Both the position numbers and the translations under genes were made by a program. A stretch of 64,000 bases of DNA, taken from assembly GCA_963727485.1 (NCBI GenBank), contig CAVSGM010000002.1, forward strand, positions 96,001 to 160,000, written 5' to 3'. Under the pieces are notes generated by a model, which saw only the letters and a list, made by a program, of their open reading frames with translations, did no database searches and was not told the DNA's origin. The stretch is from an uncultured delta proteobacterium. GTDB lineage: Bacteria > Myxococcota > Myxococcia > SLRQ01. Shown piece by piece: positions 29,578-40,374 of this stretch; the stretch's first letter is position 1; each line of letters starts with the position of its first letter.

Positions 29578-30092
29578 GGCGCCTCGGGGGGCTCGCCGCG
29601 GCGGCGCTCCTCCTGGCCGCGCCCCTCGCCGCCCGGGCCGGGGACGGGGGGACGGCGCCGGCCGCGCTCCACGTCACGGTCACCCAGGTGAAGCTCACCG
29701 GCGTGGCCGACGCGGCGAGGCGCCAGGCGGTCGCCCCGCCCCAGGTGGCCGCGGCGATCTGCGACGGCCTCCAGACCCGGGCCGGCGTCGCCTGCCTCAC
29801 CCCTGAAGACGCCGCGAACCTCGCCCGGCTCCGGGGGCTCCAGGGCCTGGCCGGGACCTGCAACGGCGGCGCCTGCGCCCAGGCGGACAGCGCCCTCGAC
29901 ACCGTCGACGACCTGGTCCGGGCCACCGTGGAGGTCACGGCCAGGGGCTACGTGCTGCACCTGGTGGTCTACCACCCGCCGGGGGTCGATCCGGTGTACC
30001 GGGCGGAGGTGCCGGTGACGTCGGCGGCGGCGGTGCTCACGGCGGCCCGGGCCACGGCGGTCAAGGGCGCGCCCCACCTCGTCGGGCCCTGA
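29574..30092 (+). CDS. Hypothetical secreted protein with four Cys
   Basis: ATGA overlap; signal peptide [24 protein letters not shown]3 codon bias. Confidence 0.6.
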   Translation: MRRLGGLAAAALLLAAPLAARAGDGGTAPAALHVTVTQVKLTGVADAARRQAVAPPQVAAAICDGLQTRAGVACLTPEDAANLARLRGLQGLAGTCNGGACAQADSALDTVDDLVRATVEVTARGYVLHLVVYHPPGVDPVYRAEVPVTSAAAVLTAARATAVKGAPHLVGP

Positions 30093-30180
30093 ACCGGCCC
30101 CTTCGGGCGGGTCGTCCCCGGAGCCTCGCGCGGGGCTCGCGCCTTCCGGTCGGGGGCCGCGGATGGTATGGCTCCGGCCC

Positions 30181-30903
30181 ATGAACCGCGTGCGCCTCGG
30201 GGTCAACGTCGATCACGTCGCCACCCTCCGGCAGGCCAGGGGGACGACCTACCCGGACCCGGTCACCGCCGCCGCCCTCGCCGAGCTCGGTGGCGCCGAC
30301 CAGATCACCATCCACCTCCGGGAGGACCGGCGGCACATCCAGGACCGGGACCTGCGCCTGATGCGCCAGACGGTGCAGACGCGCCTGAACCTGGAGATGG
30401 CCGCCACCGAGGAGATGGTCGCCATCGCCCGGGAGGTGGGGCCGGGGACGGCGACCCTGGTCCCCGAGCGGCGCCAGGAGCTGACCACCGAGGGGGGCCT
30501 CGACGTCGCCGGCCAGGCCGACCGCATCGCCGCGGCGGTGTCGGCCCTCGAGGGCGCGGGGATCGCCGTGAGCCTGTTCATCGACCCGGACCCGGCGCAG
30601 ATCTCCGCCAGCGCCCGGGCCGGCGCCGGCATCGTCGAGCTCCACACCGGCCGGTACTGCGACGCCGCCACCGAGGCCGAGCGCCAGGCCGAGCTTTGGC
30701 GCCTGGTGGCGGCGGCGCGCCTCGGGGCCGAGGAGGGCCTCACGGTGGCGGCGGGCCACGGGCTGCACTACCACAACCTCGACGAGGTGCTCGCCATCCC
30801 CGAGATCGTGGAGCTGAACATCGGCCACAGCATCGTGGCCCGGGCGGTGATGGTGGGGCTGGTGGAGGCGGTGCGCGAGATGCGCCGCCTCCTGGAGCGC
30901 TGA
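30181..30903 (+). CDS. pdxJ: Pyridoxine 5'-phosphate synthase
   Basis: [49 protein letters not shown]. Confidence 0.97.
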   Translation: MNRVRLGVNVDHVATLRQARGTTYPDPVTAAALAELGGADQITIHLREDRRHIQDRDLRLMRQTVQTRLNLEMAATEEMVAIAREVGPGTATLVPERRQELTTEGGLDVAGQADRIAAAVSALEGAGIAVSLFIDPDPAQISASARAGAGIVELHTGRYCDAATEAERQAELWRLVAAARLGAEEGLTVAAGHGLHYHNLDEVLAIPEIVELNIGHSIVARAVMVGLVEAVREMRRLLER

Positions 30904-30906
30904 CCC

Positions 30907-32441
<1,535 letters not shown>

Positions 32442-32454
<13 letters not shown>

Positions 32455-32897
32455 TCCCCCGCGAGGTGGTGACCCAGGGCGAGGACGAGACCCGGGCGCT
32501 GGGCCGGCGCCTCGGGGCGCGCCTCGTCCCCGGCGACCTGGTGGGCCTCCGGGGGCCGCTGGGCGCCGGGAAGACCCGCCTGGTCCAGGGCCTCTGCGCG
32601 GGCCTGGGGGTCGCCGCGGACCAGGTCGCCAGCCCCACCTTCGCCCTGGTGAACACCTACGAGGGCCGGGTGCCGGTGCTCCACGTGGACCTCTACCGGG
32701 TCGCCGACGTGGAGGAGGTCGAGGACACGGGGCTCCTCGATCTGGTGGAGGGTGCGGTGACCCTGGTGGAGTGGATCGACCGGGCGCCTGAGGTCGCCGG
32801 CCCCGACGCGCTCCTCGTCGATCTCGACGACCTCGGCGGCGAGCGCCGGCGGATCCGGTTCTCGGGGGCGGCGGCGGCTCGGATCCTCGGCGCCTGA
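32442..32897 (+). CDS. tsaE: tRNA threonylcarbamoyladenosine biosynthesis ATPase
   Basis: GPLGAGKT, SPTFALVNTY, HVDLYR, VEW; follows nnr. Confidence 0.93.
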
Positions 32898-33139
32898 TGG
32901 GCGACCGAGACCACGACCCGGCCCCAGGCCGCCCCGACCTCGACCGCATCCCCGACGTCCGCGACGGGCTCACCCGGGTGGAGCGGGTGATCCTCCACGA
33001 GCTGCACCGGGCCCAGGGCGAGCGCGGGGGCCGCAACGTGCCCACGGCCATGCTCTACGGCCGGGTGGTGGAGCACGTGGACCTCTCCATCGACGAGCTG
33101 CAGCGGCTGCTGAAGCACCTGACGGGCAAGGGGCTCTGA
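32897..33139 (+). CDS. 80-aa hypothetical protein with GyrA/ParC N-terminal-like motif
   Basis: TGATG coupling to tsaE; RIPDVRDGLTRVERVILHEL; GC3 codon bias. Confidence 0.7.
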   Translation: MGDRDHDPAPGRPDLDRIPDVRDGLTRVERVILHELHRAQGERGGRNVPTAMLYGRVVEHVDLSIDELQRLLKHLTGKGL

Positions 33140-33148
33140 GGCGTCGCC

Positions 33149-33535
33149 TCAGGCGTCGCCGTCGTCCCGGTCGTCCCGGCCGTCGAGGACCTCGCCCACC
33201 ACCCGCACCAGCTCGTCCATGTCGATGGGCTTCTTCACGAAGGCCGCGGCACAGGCCTTCGCCGCCGCCGCCACGCCCTCCTCGGAGGCCGACACCAGGA
33301 TCACCGGGACCTTCGCCAGGGCCAGGTCCGAGCGCATCTGGGCGCAGAGGGCGTCCCCGGCGAGGTCGGGCATCTTCAGGTCGCTGATGACCAGGTCCGG
33401 CGGGGTCGCCCGCATCGCCTCGAGGGCGTGGAGCCCCGAGTCCGCGGTGTCGAAGGTGTGCCCCTGGCCCATCAGGTAGACCTGGATGACCTTCTGCATG
33501 GTGCGCATGTCGTCGACGATGAGGATCCTGGCCAT
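33149..33535 (-). CDS. Single-domain response regulator (CheY-like)
   Basis: ILIVDD, ISDLKMP, VSA, KKP. Confidence 0.88.
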   Translation of the reverse strand: MARILIVDDMRTMQKVIQVYLMGQGHTFDTADSGLHALEAMRATPPDLVISDLKMPDLAGDALCAQMRSDLALAKVPVILVSASEEGVAAAAKACAAAFVKKPIDMDELVRVVGEVLDGRDDRDDGDA

Positions 33536-33555
33536 GGCTTCGTTGCTCCGGTGAT

Positions 33556-34524
33556 TCAGGTCCGTGCGGTTCCCCAGAAGGCGAGGCGCCTGCCGATGGC
33601 CTCGGGATCGAGGGCCTCGGTGGCGGCGCCGACGGCGAGGGCGGCCTCGGGCATGCTCGAGACCACGGCGCTGCCGGCGTCCTGGACCACGGTGGTGCCG
33701 CCGGCGCGCCTGAGGGCCAGGAGCCCCTGGGCCCCGTCCCGGCCCATCCCGGTGAGGACCGCGCCGAAGGTCTCCAGGCCCCGGGCCCGGGCCACCGAGA
33801 GCAAAAGCCGGTCCGCGGAGGGGCAGGGGCCCCGGCCGTTGCCGGCCTCGGTGGCGAGGAGCCCGCGATCATCGAGGAAGAGGTGGCGCTCGTCCGGGGC
33901 CACCAGGACCTCGCCCGCCCGGGGCTCGTCGCCCTGGGTGGCGACCCGGACCGGGAGCGCGAGGCCGACCCCGAGCCACTCCACGAAGGTCGGGGCGAAC
34001 CCCTCGGGCATGTGCTGGACCACCAGGACCGCCGCCGGGAAGCCCGCGGGGAGCTCGAGGAGCACGCTGCGCAGGGCGCCGGGGCCACCGGTGGAGGCGG
34101 CGAGGGTGGCGAGGAGGTTCCCGGGGGCGGCGGTCCGGCGCGCGCCGGAGACCCTTCGGACCACGGGCACCGCGGACATCAGCACCAGGGTCTCGGCGGC
34201 CTGGGCCCAGGGGAGGCCGTCGGCCATGGCCTCCACGGCCCCGGCGGCGACGGCGGCCCCGGGGTCGGTGGCGCCGCCCCCCTGGACCACCACCGGCCGG
34301 GGGCTGTGGCGCAGGATCGCCGTGAGGATCTCCAGGGCCTCGGGGTGGGCCAGGTCGAGGAGCACCACCCCCGGGCGCCGGCGCTCACAGGTGGCGACGA
34401 CCTCCGCGGCGGCGGTCACCGTGCCCACCGCCACCAGGCGTCCGGTGGCGGTGAGGGCCTGGGCGCGGGCCTCGCCCTCGGCGCGCCGGCGGGCGATGAC
34501 CAGGACCGTGGGAAGCCCGAGCAT
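33556..34524 (-). CDS. cheB: Chemotaxis methylesterase with degenerate receiver domain (WspF-like)
   Basis: ASTGGP, VQHMP, PSAD, LTGMGRDG, QD..S.V..MP. Confidence 0.9.
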   Translation of the reverse strand: MLGLPTVLVIARRRAEGEARAQALTATGRLVAVGTVTAAAEVVATCERRRPGVVLLDLAHPEALEILTAILRHSPRPVVVQGGGATDPGAAVAAGAVEAMADGLPWAQAAETLVLMSAVPVVRRVSGARRTAAPGNLLATLAASTGGPGALRSVLLELPAGFPAAVLVVQHMPEGFAPTFVEWLGVGLALPVRVATQGDEPRAGEVLVAPDERHLFLDDRGLLATEAGNGRGPCPSADRLLLSVARARGLETFGAVLTGMGRDGAQGLLALRRAGGTTVVQDAGSAVVSSMPEAALAVGAATEALDPEAIGRRLAFWGTART

Positions 34525-34527
34525 CGG

Positions 34528-36639
34528 TCAGCCCACCAACCTGTGGAGGGTGGCCACCAGCTCCTCCTGGTCGAAGCGGCTCTTCACCAGGTAGGCGTTG
34601 GCCCCGGCGGTGAGGCCCCGGTGCTGGTCCTCCTCGCTCCCCAGGGAGGTCATCAGGACCACCGGGAGGTGGGCGAGCGCGGCATCCCCGCGGATGGCCT
34701 GGGCGAGGCCGACGCCGTCGAGGCGCGGCATCTCCACGTCGGCGAGGACCGCGTCCACCGGCTCGCTGCGCAGGACCTCCAGGGCCTCACGGCCGTCGCA
34801 GGCCACCCGCACCTCGAAGCCCGCCGACTCCAGGACGTGGGACTCGAGGGTGCGGGTGGTGATGGAGTCGTCCACCACCAGGATCCGCAGGCGCCGGGCG
34901 GGGGCCTCGGTCCGGGCGGGGGTCGAGGTGCCCACCGGCTCCCCGAGCTCGGCGGGATCGAGGATCACCACCACCTCGTCGCCGTGGAGCAGGGCGGTGC
35001 CCAGGGTCCCGCGCACCCGGTGCAGGGGCGGGCCCAGGGGCTCGACCACCAGGTCCTCCTCGCCGGCGATGGCGTCGACCTCGAGGGCCTGGCGGTGGCC
35101 GCCCCCCGACGCCACCACGAAGTACCCCGGCGCCGCGTCGCCGCCGCCCCGGACCAGGGGCACCAGGCGGGCGGGGCGCGCGTCGGCCTGGACCCACCGC
35201 GCCCCGTCGAGCTCGAAGGGCGTCGCGGTGGCGAGGCGTCCCACCCGCTCCACCGCCGCCGCCGGGATCCCGAAGGTCTGGCCGCCGGCCCGGATCAGGA
35301 GCACCCGGGTGCTCACCAACTTCAGGGGCACGGTGATGCGGAAGCGGGTCCCCTCGCCCGGGTCGCTGGCGACGGTGACCGCGCCCCCGCAGGCCTCCGC
35401 CACCGAGCGCACGGCGTCGAGGCCGATGCCCCGGCCGGCGAGCTCGGTGAGGGCGGGGGCGGTGGAGAAGCCCGGGCGGAAGAGGAGGCCGACCAGGGCG
35501 TCGGGGTCCGCGTCGGCGGCGGCGTCCGGGTGGAGGAGGCCCTGGGACACCGCTCGGGCCCGCGCCGCGTCGAGGTCGATGCCCGCGCCGTCGTCGGCGA
35601 CCTCGAGGGCGATGCTGTCCCCCTCGTGGGCGGCCCGGAGCCACACCTGGCCGGTCTCGGGGCGTCCCCGGGCGGCGCGGTCGGCGGGGGCCTCGATCCC
35701 GTGGGCCACGGCGTTGCGGACCAGGTGCACCAGGGGCTCCCGGAGGCGCTCGAGGGTGCCCCGGTCGAGGCCCACCTGGCCCCCCTCGAGGACGAAGGCT
35801 GCCTGCTTCCCCGCGCGCTGGGCGGCGTCGCGCACCGAGCGGAGCAGCAGGCCCTCGAGGGTGGACACCGGGACCATCCGGGCGCGGCCGATGGCCTCCT
35901 CGAGATCGGCGACGGCCAGCGCTCCCTGGCGGGCGCGGCCCCGGAGCTCCCGGGCGGCGCGCTCCAGGCGCTGACCGACCTCCCGGAGCCGGCGGGCGCT
36001 GGCCCGGGCGTCGGGGGTGCCGACACGCGCGAGGTGGCGGGTCTCCTGGTCCAGGGCCTCGCGGGCGAGCTGGAGGGCCTCGGCGTCCCGGAGCTCCCCG
36101 GCCTGGAGCGGCACCAGGCCCGCCAGCGGGGCCAGCACCTGCTCCAGGAGGGCCACCGGGACCCGGACGTGGTCGGCGTGGAGGGCGTCCGGCTCGGGGC
36201 GCGGCCGGGCGCCGGCGGTCGACGCCTCCGCGGGACCCGAGGCGGCCACGGCTCCGGCGGGCGCGCCCGAGACCGCCTCCAGGGTCGTCAGCACCGCCCC
36301 GGCCTCCGGGGGCTCGCCTGAGACCGCCGCCTCGAGCCAGTCGAGGGCCTGGAGGAGGGCGTCGGCGCCGTCCCGGGCCAGGGGCGCCTCGGGCAGGGCC
36401 AGGAGCGCCTGCTCGAAGGCGTGGGTCACCCGGCTCACCTCCTCGAGCCCCAGGGTGCTCGCGGCGCCCTTGACGTTGTGGGCCCGGCGGGCGGCGGCCT
36501 CGACCAGGCCCTGGACCTCCTCGACGCTCGCCTGCTCCAGGGCCACCACCGCCTGGGAGAGGGCGTCGAGGTGGTCCCGCGCCTCACCGCGGAACAGGGC
36601 CATCAGCTCCGCGAGGGCCTCTGGCGGCAGCTGCGCCAT
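34528..36639 (-). CDS. cheA: Hybrid chemotaxis histidine kinase Hpt-HATPase-CheW-REC (WspE-like)
   Basis: AHNVKGAA, HLVRNAVAHGIE, DDGAGID, PGFST, GRGIGLD, C-terminal VVDDSITTR...DVEMP. Confidence 0.93.
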   Translation of the reverse strand: MAQLPPEALAELMALFRGEARDHLDALSQAVVALEQASVEEVQGLVEAAARRAHNVKGAASTLGLEEVSRVTHAFEQALLALPEAPLARDGADALLQALDWLEAAVSGEPPEAGAVLTTLEAVSGAPAGAVAASGPAEASTAGARPRPEPDALHADHVRVPVALLEQVLAPLAGLVPLQAGELRDAEALQLAREALDQETRHLARVGTPDARASARRLREVGQRLERAARELRGRARQGALAVADLEEAIGRARMVPVSTLEGLLLRSVRDAAQRAGKQAAFVLEGGQVGLDRGTLERLREPLVHLVRNAVAHGIEAPADRAARGRPETGQVWLRAAHEGDSIALEVADDGAGIDLDAARARAVSQGLLHPDAAADADPDALVGLLFRPGFSTAPALTELAGRGIGLDAVRSVAEACGGAVTVASDPGEGTRFRITVPLKLVSTRVLLIRAGGQTFGIPAAAVERVGRLATATPFELDGARWVQADARPARLVPLVRGGGDAAPGYFVVASGGGHRQALEVDAIAGEEDLVVEPLGPPLHRVRGTLGTALLHGDEVVVILDPAELGEPVGTSTPARTEAPARRLRILVVDDSITTRTLESHVLESAGFEVRVACDGREALEVLRSEPVDAVLADVEMPRLDGVGLAQAIRGDAALAHLPVVLMTSLGSEEDQHRGLTAGANAYLVKSRFDQEELVATLHRLVG

Positions 36640-37896
36640 TCAGCCCGCCACCCCCGCGGTGAGCTCGCGCATCCGGGTGGAGAGGCTCGAGAGCTCCTTG
36701 GCCGCGTTCTCCACCTGGCGCATCCCGGTGAGGGACTCGGCGGTGGCCTGCTGGATGTTGCGCATGGCGCTCGCCACCTGGTCGACCCCCAGGGCCTGCT
36801 GGCGGGTCATGGAGGCGATCTGCCGCGCCGACTGGGTCGACTCCTGGATGACCCCGGTGAGGGCCTGGATGGTCTCCCGGGCCTCCTTGGCGAGCTTCAC
36901 CCCCACGTCGGCCTGCTTCGAGCCCTCCTCGGTGACCATCACCGCGGCGTTGGTGGCCCGCTGGATCTCCCCGAGGATGGCCCGGACCTGGCGGGTGGCC
37001 TGCTTGGACTGCTCGGCGAGGTTTCGGACCTCGCCGGCGACCACCGCGAAGCCCTTGCCGTGCTGCCCGGCCTTGGCGGCCTCGATGGCGGCGTTCACCG
37101 CCAGGAGGTTCGACTGCTCGGCGAGCTCGTTGACCGAGGCGATGATCTCGCCGATCTGCTGGGTCCGCTCGGACAGCAGGAGGATGTTCTGGGCGATGGT
37201 GCCCACCCGGTCGCGCAGCCCGGTGATCGACGCCTCGGTGCTGGTCAGGGCGCGGATGCCCTCCTCGCTGACCTTCTTGGACTCCTCGGCGACGGCGATG
37301 ACCCCCTGGGCCCGCTCGGTGGCCTGCTCGGCGGTCTGGCGGACCTCCTCCATGGTGGTGGCGGTCTCGGAGACGGCGGTGGCCTGCTCGGCGGCCGAGG
37401 TGCTCTGGCGGGTGGCGGCGGAGAGGAGCTCGGAGCCGGCGCTGTTCAGCTCGACGACCGCCGAGCTCACCTGGCCGTTGAGGGCGGCGAGGCTCTCGAC
37501 CATCTTGTCCAGGTGGTGGCCCAGGGCGCTCATCTCGTCGTCGCCGGTCACCGCGAGGCGCCGGGCGAGGTTGCCCCGGCCCACGTCCTCGACGAACTCC
37601 ACGTAGCGGCGCACCAGGTCCTGGAGGGCCAGGCGCCGCGCCCGCTCCTCGGCGCCGCGCTCCACCAGGTTGCGGACCACGGTCATCCGCACCGCCAGGG
37701 CCCCGAAGCCGCCCACCGAGAGGCCGGCGAGGATGCAGATGGCCACGAAGCCGGCGAGGTAGCCGGCCTTGAAGGTCACGAAGAACGAGGCCACCGGCGG
37801 GAAGATGAGCCCCACCACCAGACCGGCGGCGAGGAAGGCCCAGTTCATCTTGCGCACCAGGGCGAGATCGGTGGCGTTCTCGGGGGGTTCGTTCAC
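36640..37896 (-). CDS. Methyl-accepting chemotaxis protein; 2 TM, no periplasmic sensor domain, HAMP
   Basis: LAEQSNLLAVNAAIEAAKAGQHGKGFAVVAGEVRNLAEQS; two adjacent hydrophobic helices; GTG start inferred. Confidence 0.92.
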   Translation of the reverse strand: MNEPPENATDLALVRKMNWAFLAAGLVVGLIFPPVASFFVTFKAGYLAGFVAICILAGLSVGGFGALAVRMTVVRNLVERGAEERARRLALQDLVRRYVEFVEDVGRGNLARRLAVTGDDEMSALGHHLDKMVESLAALNGQVSSAVVELNSAGSELLSAATRQSTSAAEQATAVSETATTMEEVRQTAEQATERAQGVIAVAEESKKVSEEGIRALTSTEASITGLRDRVGTIAQNILLLSERTQQIGEIIASVNELAEQSNLLAVNAAIEAAKAGQHGKGFAVVAGEVRNLAEQSKQATRQVRAILGEIQRATNAAVMVTEEGSKQADVGVKLAKEARETIQALTGVIQESTQSARQIASMTRQQALGVDQVASAMRNIQQATAESLTGMRQVENAAKELSSLSTRMRELTAGVAG

Positions 37897-38408
37897 GGCG
37901 GGTCGCTCCCGGGTTGGTCTGCGAGGGAGGCGGCGAGGTCGCCGAGCTCCAGGAGGGTGGTTCCGTCGGCGGTGACGCCGGCGACGAAGGGTGCGGCCGC
38001 GGGGCCCAGGGGGCTCGGCGGGGGGGCGAGCTCGGCGGCCCGGATCGGGCGCAGGGCCACCAGCTCGTCGACGGCGAAGGCCGTGAGGCCCCCGCCCTGG
38101 GACACCAGGAGGGCCAGGGCCGCCTCGCTCCGGGCCATGCCCAGGGCGAGGCCGAGGTCGACCACGCACCGGGCCCGGCCCCGGAGGGCGGCGAGGCCGG
38201 CGATCCACGGGGGCGCGCCCGGCAGGGGGGTGAGGCGCGGGAGGCGGACCAGGGTCACCAGGGCGTCGAGGCGCACCGCGAAGCGCGTCGCCGCCACCCG
38301 GACCACCACGGCCTCGTCGCCGGCCTCCTCGGTGGCCTCGGCGGGGCGGGCCAGGAGCTCGGCCCGGGCCTCGAGGACCCGGCGCTCCTCGGAGGTCAGG
38401 GCGCTCAT
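37893..38408 (-). CDS. cheW: CheW adaptor (WspD-like)
   Basis: VLEARAELLARP, TPLPGAPPWIAGLAALRG...VVDL. Confidence 0.83.
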   Translation of the reverse strand: MSALTSEERRVLEARAELLARPAEATEEAGDEAVVVRVAATRFAVRLDALVTLVRLPRLTPLPGAPPWIAGLAALRGRARCVVDLGLALGMARSEAALALLVSQGGGLTAFAVDELVALRPIRAAELAPPPSPLGPAAAPFVAGVTADGTTLLELGDLAASLADQPGSDPP

Positions 38409-39770
38409 GCGGCGCTGCCTCCCCGGGCGCGGCCGACCTCGGCGAGGGCGCGCTCGGCGAGGCCGGCGAGGGCCCCGGCGGTGAGCCCGTCGCCGTAGGG
38501 CACCGCGGTGTCGGCGGCGAGGGTGGCCAGGGCGGCGAGGGCGTTCCGGTAGGCCCGGGCGGCGCCGTCGAGGTTCCCGGCGGCCCGGAGGAGATCCCCG
38601 GAGAGGACGCTCGCCAGGGCCAGCGACGGGTCGAGGAAGAGGGCGGCGGTGGCCGAGCGGAGGGCCTCGGCGGTGTCGCCCCGGGCCCGGGCCACCAGGG
38701 CGCGGACCAGGTGCACCTCGGGGAAGAGGGCGTCCTGGGCCGCCACCGCCTCCACCTGCGCCCAGGCGGCGTCGGTCTCGCCCCGGTCCGCGAGCGCGCG
38801 GATGCGCCCCAGGCGCACCTCCAGGGTGGCGTCCGGGGCGCGCTCCCCGGGGTCCGGGACCGCCGGGACCGCGGCCGTGACGGGGGCCGGCACCGGGGCG
38901 CCGGCCGCCGGGGGAGGCGCGGCGAAGCGGGAGCGGGACGTCGGCGGCGCCGGGCGGGTCACCGGCGCCACGAAGCCCGCGCCGGGGCGGCAGAAGAGGA
39001 GGGCGTCGTCGAGGTGCACCGACTGGAGCTCCGGGAAGAGCTCGGGCCGGGCCTCGGCGGGGCCGGTGAGCAGCCACCCGCCGGTGGCGACCCCGCCGGC
39101 GAGGGTCTGGGCCGCCCGGGCGAGGTGGGCGTCCTGGAAGTAGATGAGGACGTTGCGGCAGACCACCAGGTCGAAGCGGTCGGGGGCCTCCTCGACGAGG
39201 TTGTGGTGGCGGTAGCGCACCCGGTCGGTGAGCCGGCGCGCCGGATGCCAGAATCGCCCCGCGCCGATGGAAGTACCGGGCGCGCACCCCCTCGGGCACC
39301 CCCCGGAAGGACCACTCGCCGTAGGCCCCGGCCTCGGCCCGGCCCAGGGCCTCCCGGGAGAGGTCGGTGCCCAGGACCTGGAGGTCCCACTCGGGGTCCG
39401 GGGCCGTCTCCAGGAGGACCATGGCCAGGGACAGGGCCTCCTCGCCGCTGGAGCACCCGGCGCTCCACACCCGCAGGCGCCGCGTCTGGGCCCGGGCCCG
39501 GTAGAGGCGGGGGAGGATCTCCCGGCGCAGGGCGTCGAAGTGGCCTCCGTGGCGCAGGAAGTAGGTCTCGCCGTTGAGGGCCGCCTCGACCACCGGCAGG
39601 AGGGCCTCGGGGCCGGCGGCGAGGAGCCTGGCGCATCCGTCCGGGGCCGCGCCCACCCGGGCCGCCACCGCGTCGGCGAGGTTCTCCCGGCGAAAGCCGG
39701 AGAAGTCCACGCCGTAGGTGGCGGCGATGCGGGCGGCGAGCCCCTCGAGGCAGGTGTCGGTGACGGTCAC
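38405..39770 (-). CDS. cheR: CheR methyltransferase with C-terminal TPR (WspC-like); apparent +1 frameshift near 39251-39260
   Basis: NGETYFLR, WSAGCSSGEE, GTDLS in one frame; HHNL, FDLVVCRNVLIYF and TPR helices in the next; length 3n+1. Confidence 0.85.
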
Positions 39771-40264
39771 GGGGGATCGGCGGCGCAGGCGTCGGCCAGG
39801 GCCAGGAGCTCGGCGGCGAGGAGGTGGTCGGGATCGAGGAGGGCGACCGGGGGGACCGCGTCCTCGAGGAGGCCCAGGGCGCCCGGGAGGGCGTCGCTGG
39901 TCGGGGGCAGGGGGACCAGGGGGCATTCCACCACCCGGTCCACCCGGGCGGCCCGGAGCGCGACCCGGGTGTCCCCGGCGTGGACGATGACCAGGACCTG
40001 CTCGGGGTGGATCGCCGCCGGCGGCAGGCCCAGGCGGGTGAAGAGGTCGACCACCAGGAGGTGCTCCCCCCGGAGGTCGAGGCACCCGAGGACGCCGTCG
40101 GGGGCCCCGGGGAGGGCGCCGAGGCGGGGCATGCGCACCACCTCCGCCACCCGCGCCAGGGGCAGGGCGAAGGCCGCGTCGCCGGCCTCGAGGGTCAGGG
40201 CCTGGATGGCCGGCCGTCGCGCGCCCTCAGCGTCGGCCGGGGGTTCTCGGGTGGAAGTTGACAT
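39767..40264 (-). CDS. cheW: CheW adaptor (WspB-like)
   Basis: FALPLARVAEVV, LPGAPDGVLGCLDLRG...VVDL. Confidence 0.85.
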   Translation of the reverse strand: MSTSTREPPADAEGARRPAIQALTLEAGDAAFALPLARVAEVVRMPRLGALPGAPDGVLGCLDLRGEHLLVVDLFTRLGLPPAAIHPEQVLVIVHAGDTRVALRAARVDRVVECPLVPLPPTSDALPGALGLLEDAVPPVALLDPDHLLAAELLALADACAADPP

Positions 40265-40374
40265 GCCCCATCAAGATTGGAAGCACGAAGCAGGGCCGGG
40301 TACAAGTCACACCGTCGGGTCCGGAGGGATCCCGGCTTGAACCCGATGGCCCGCGCTGGAACAATGGAGCTCGC

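Noticed and set aside
32897..33139. gyrA pseudogene
   Set aside because: No further gyrA-like sequence seen nearby; the ORF is compact, coupled to tsaE and has normal codon bias, so it is kept as a small-protein finding.
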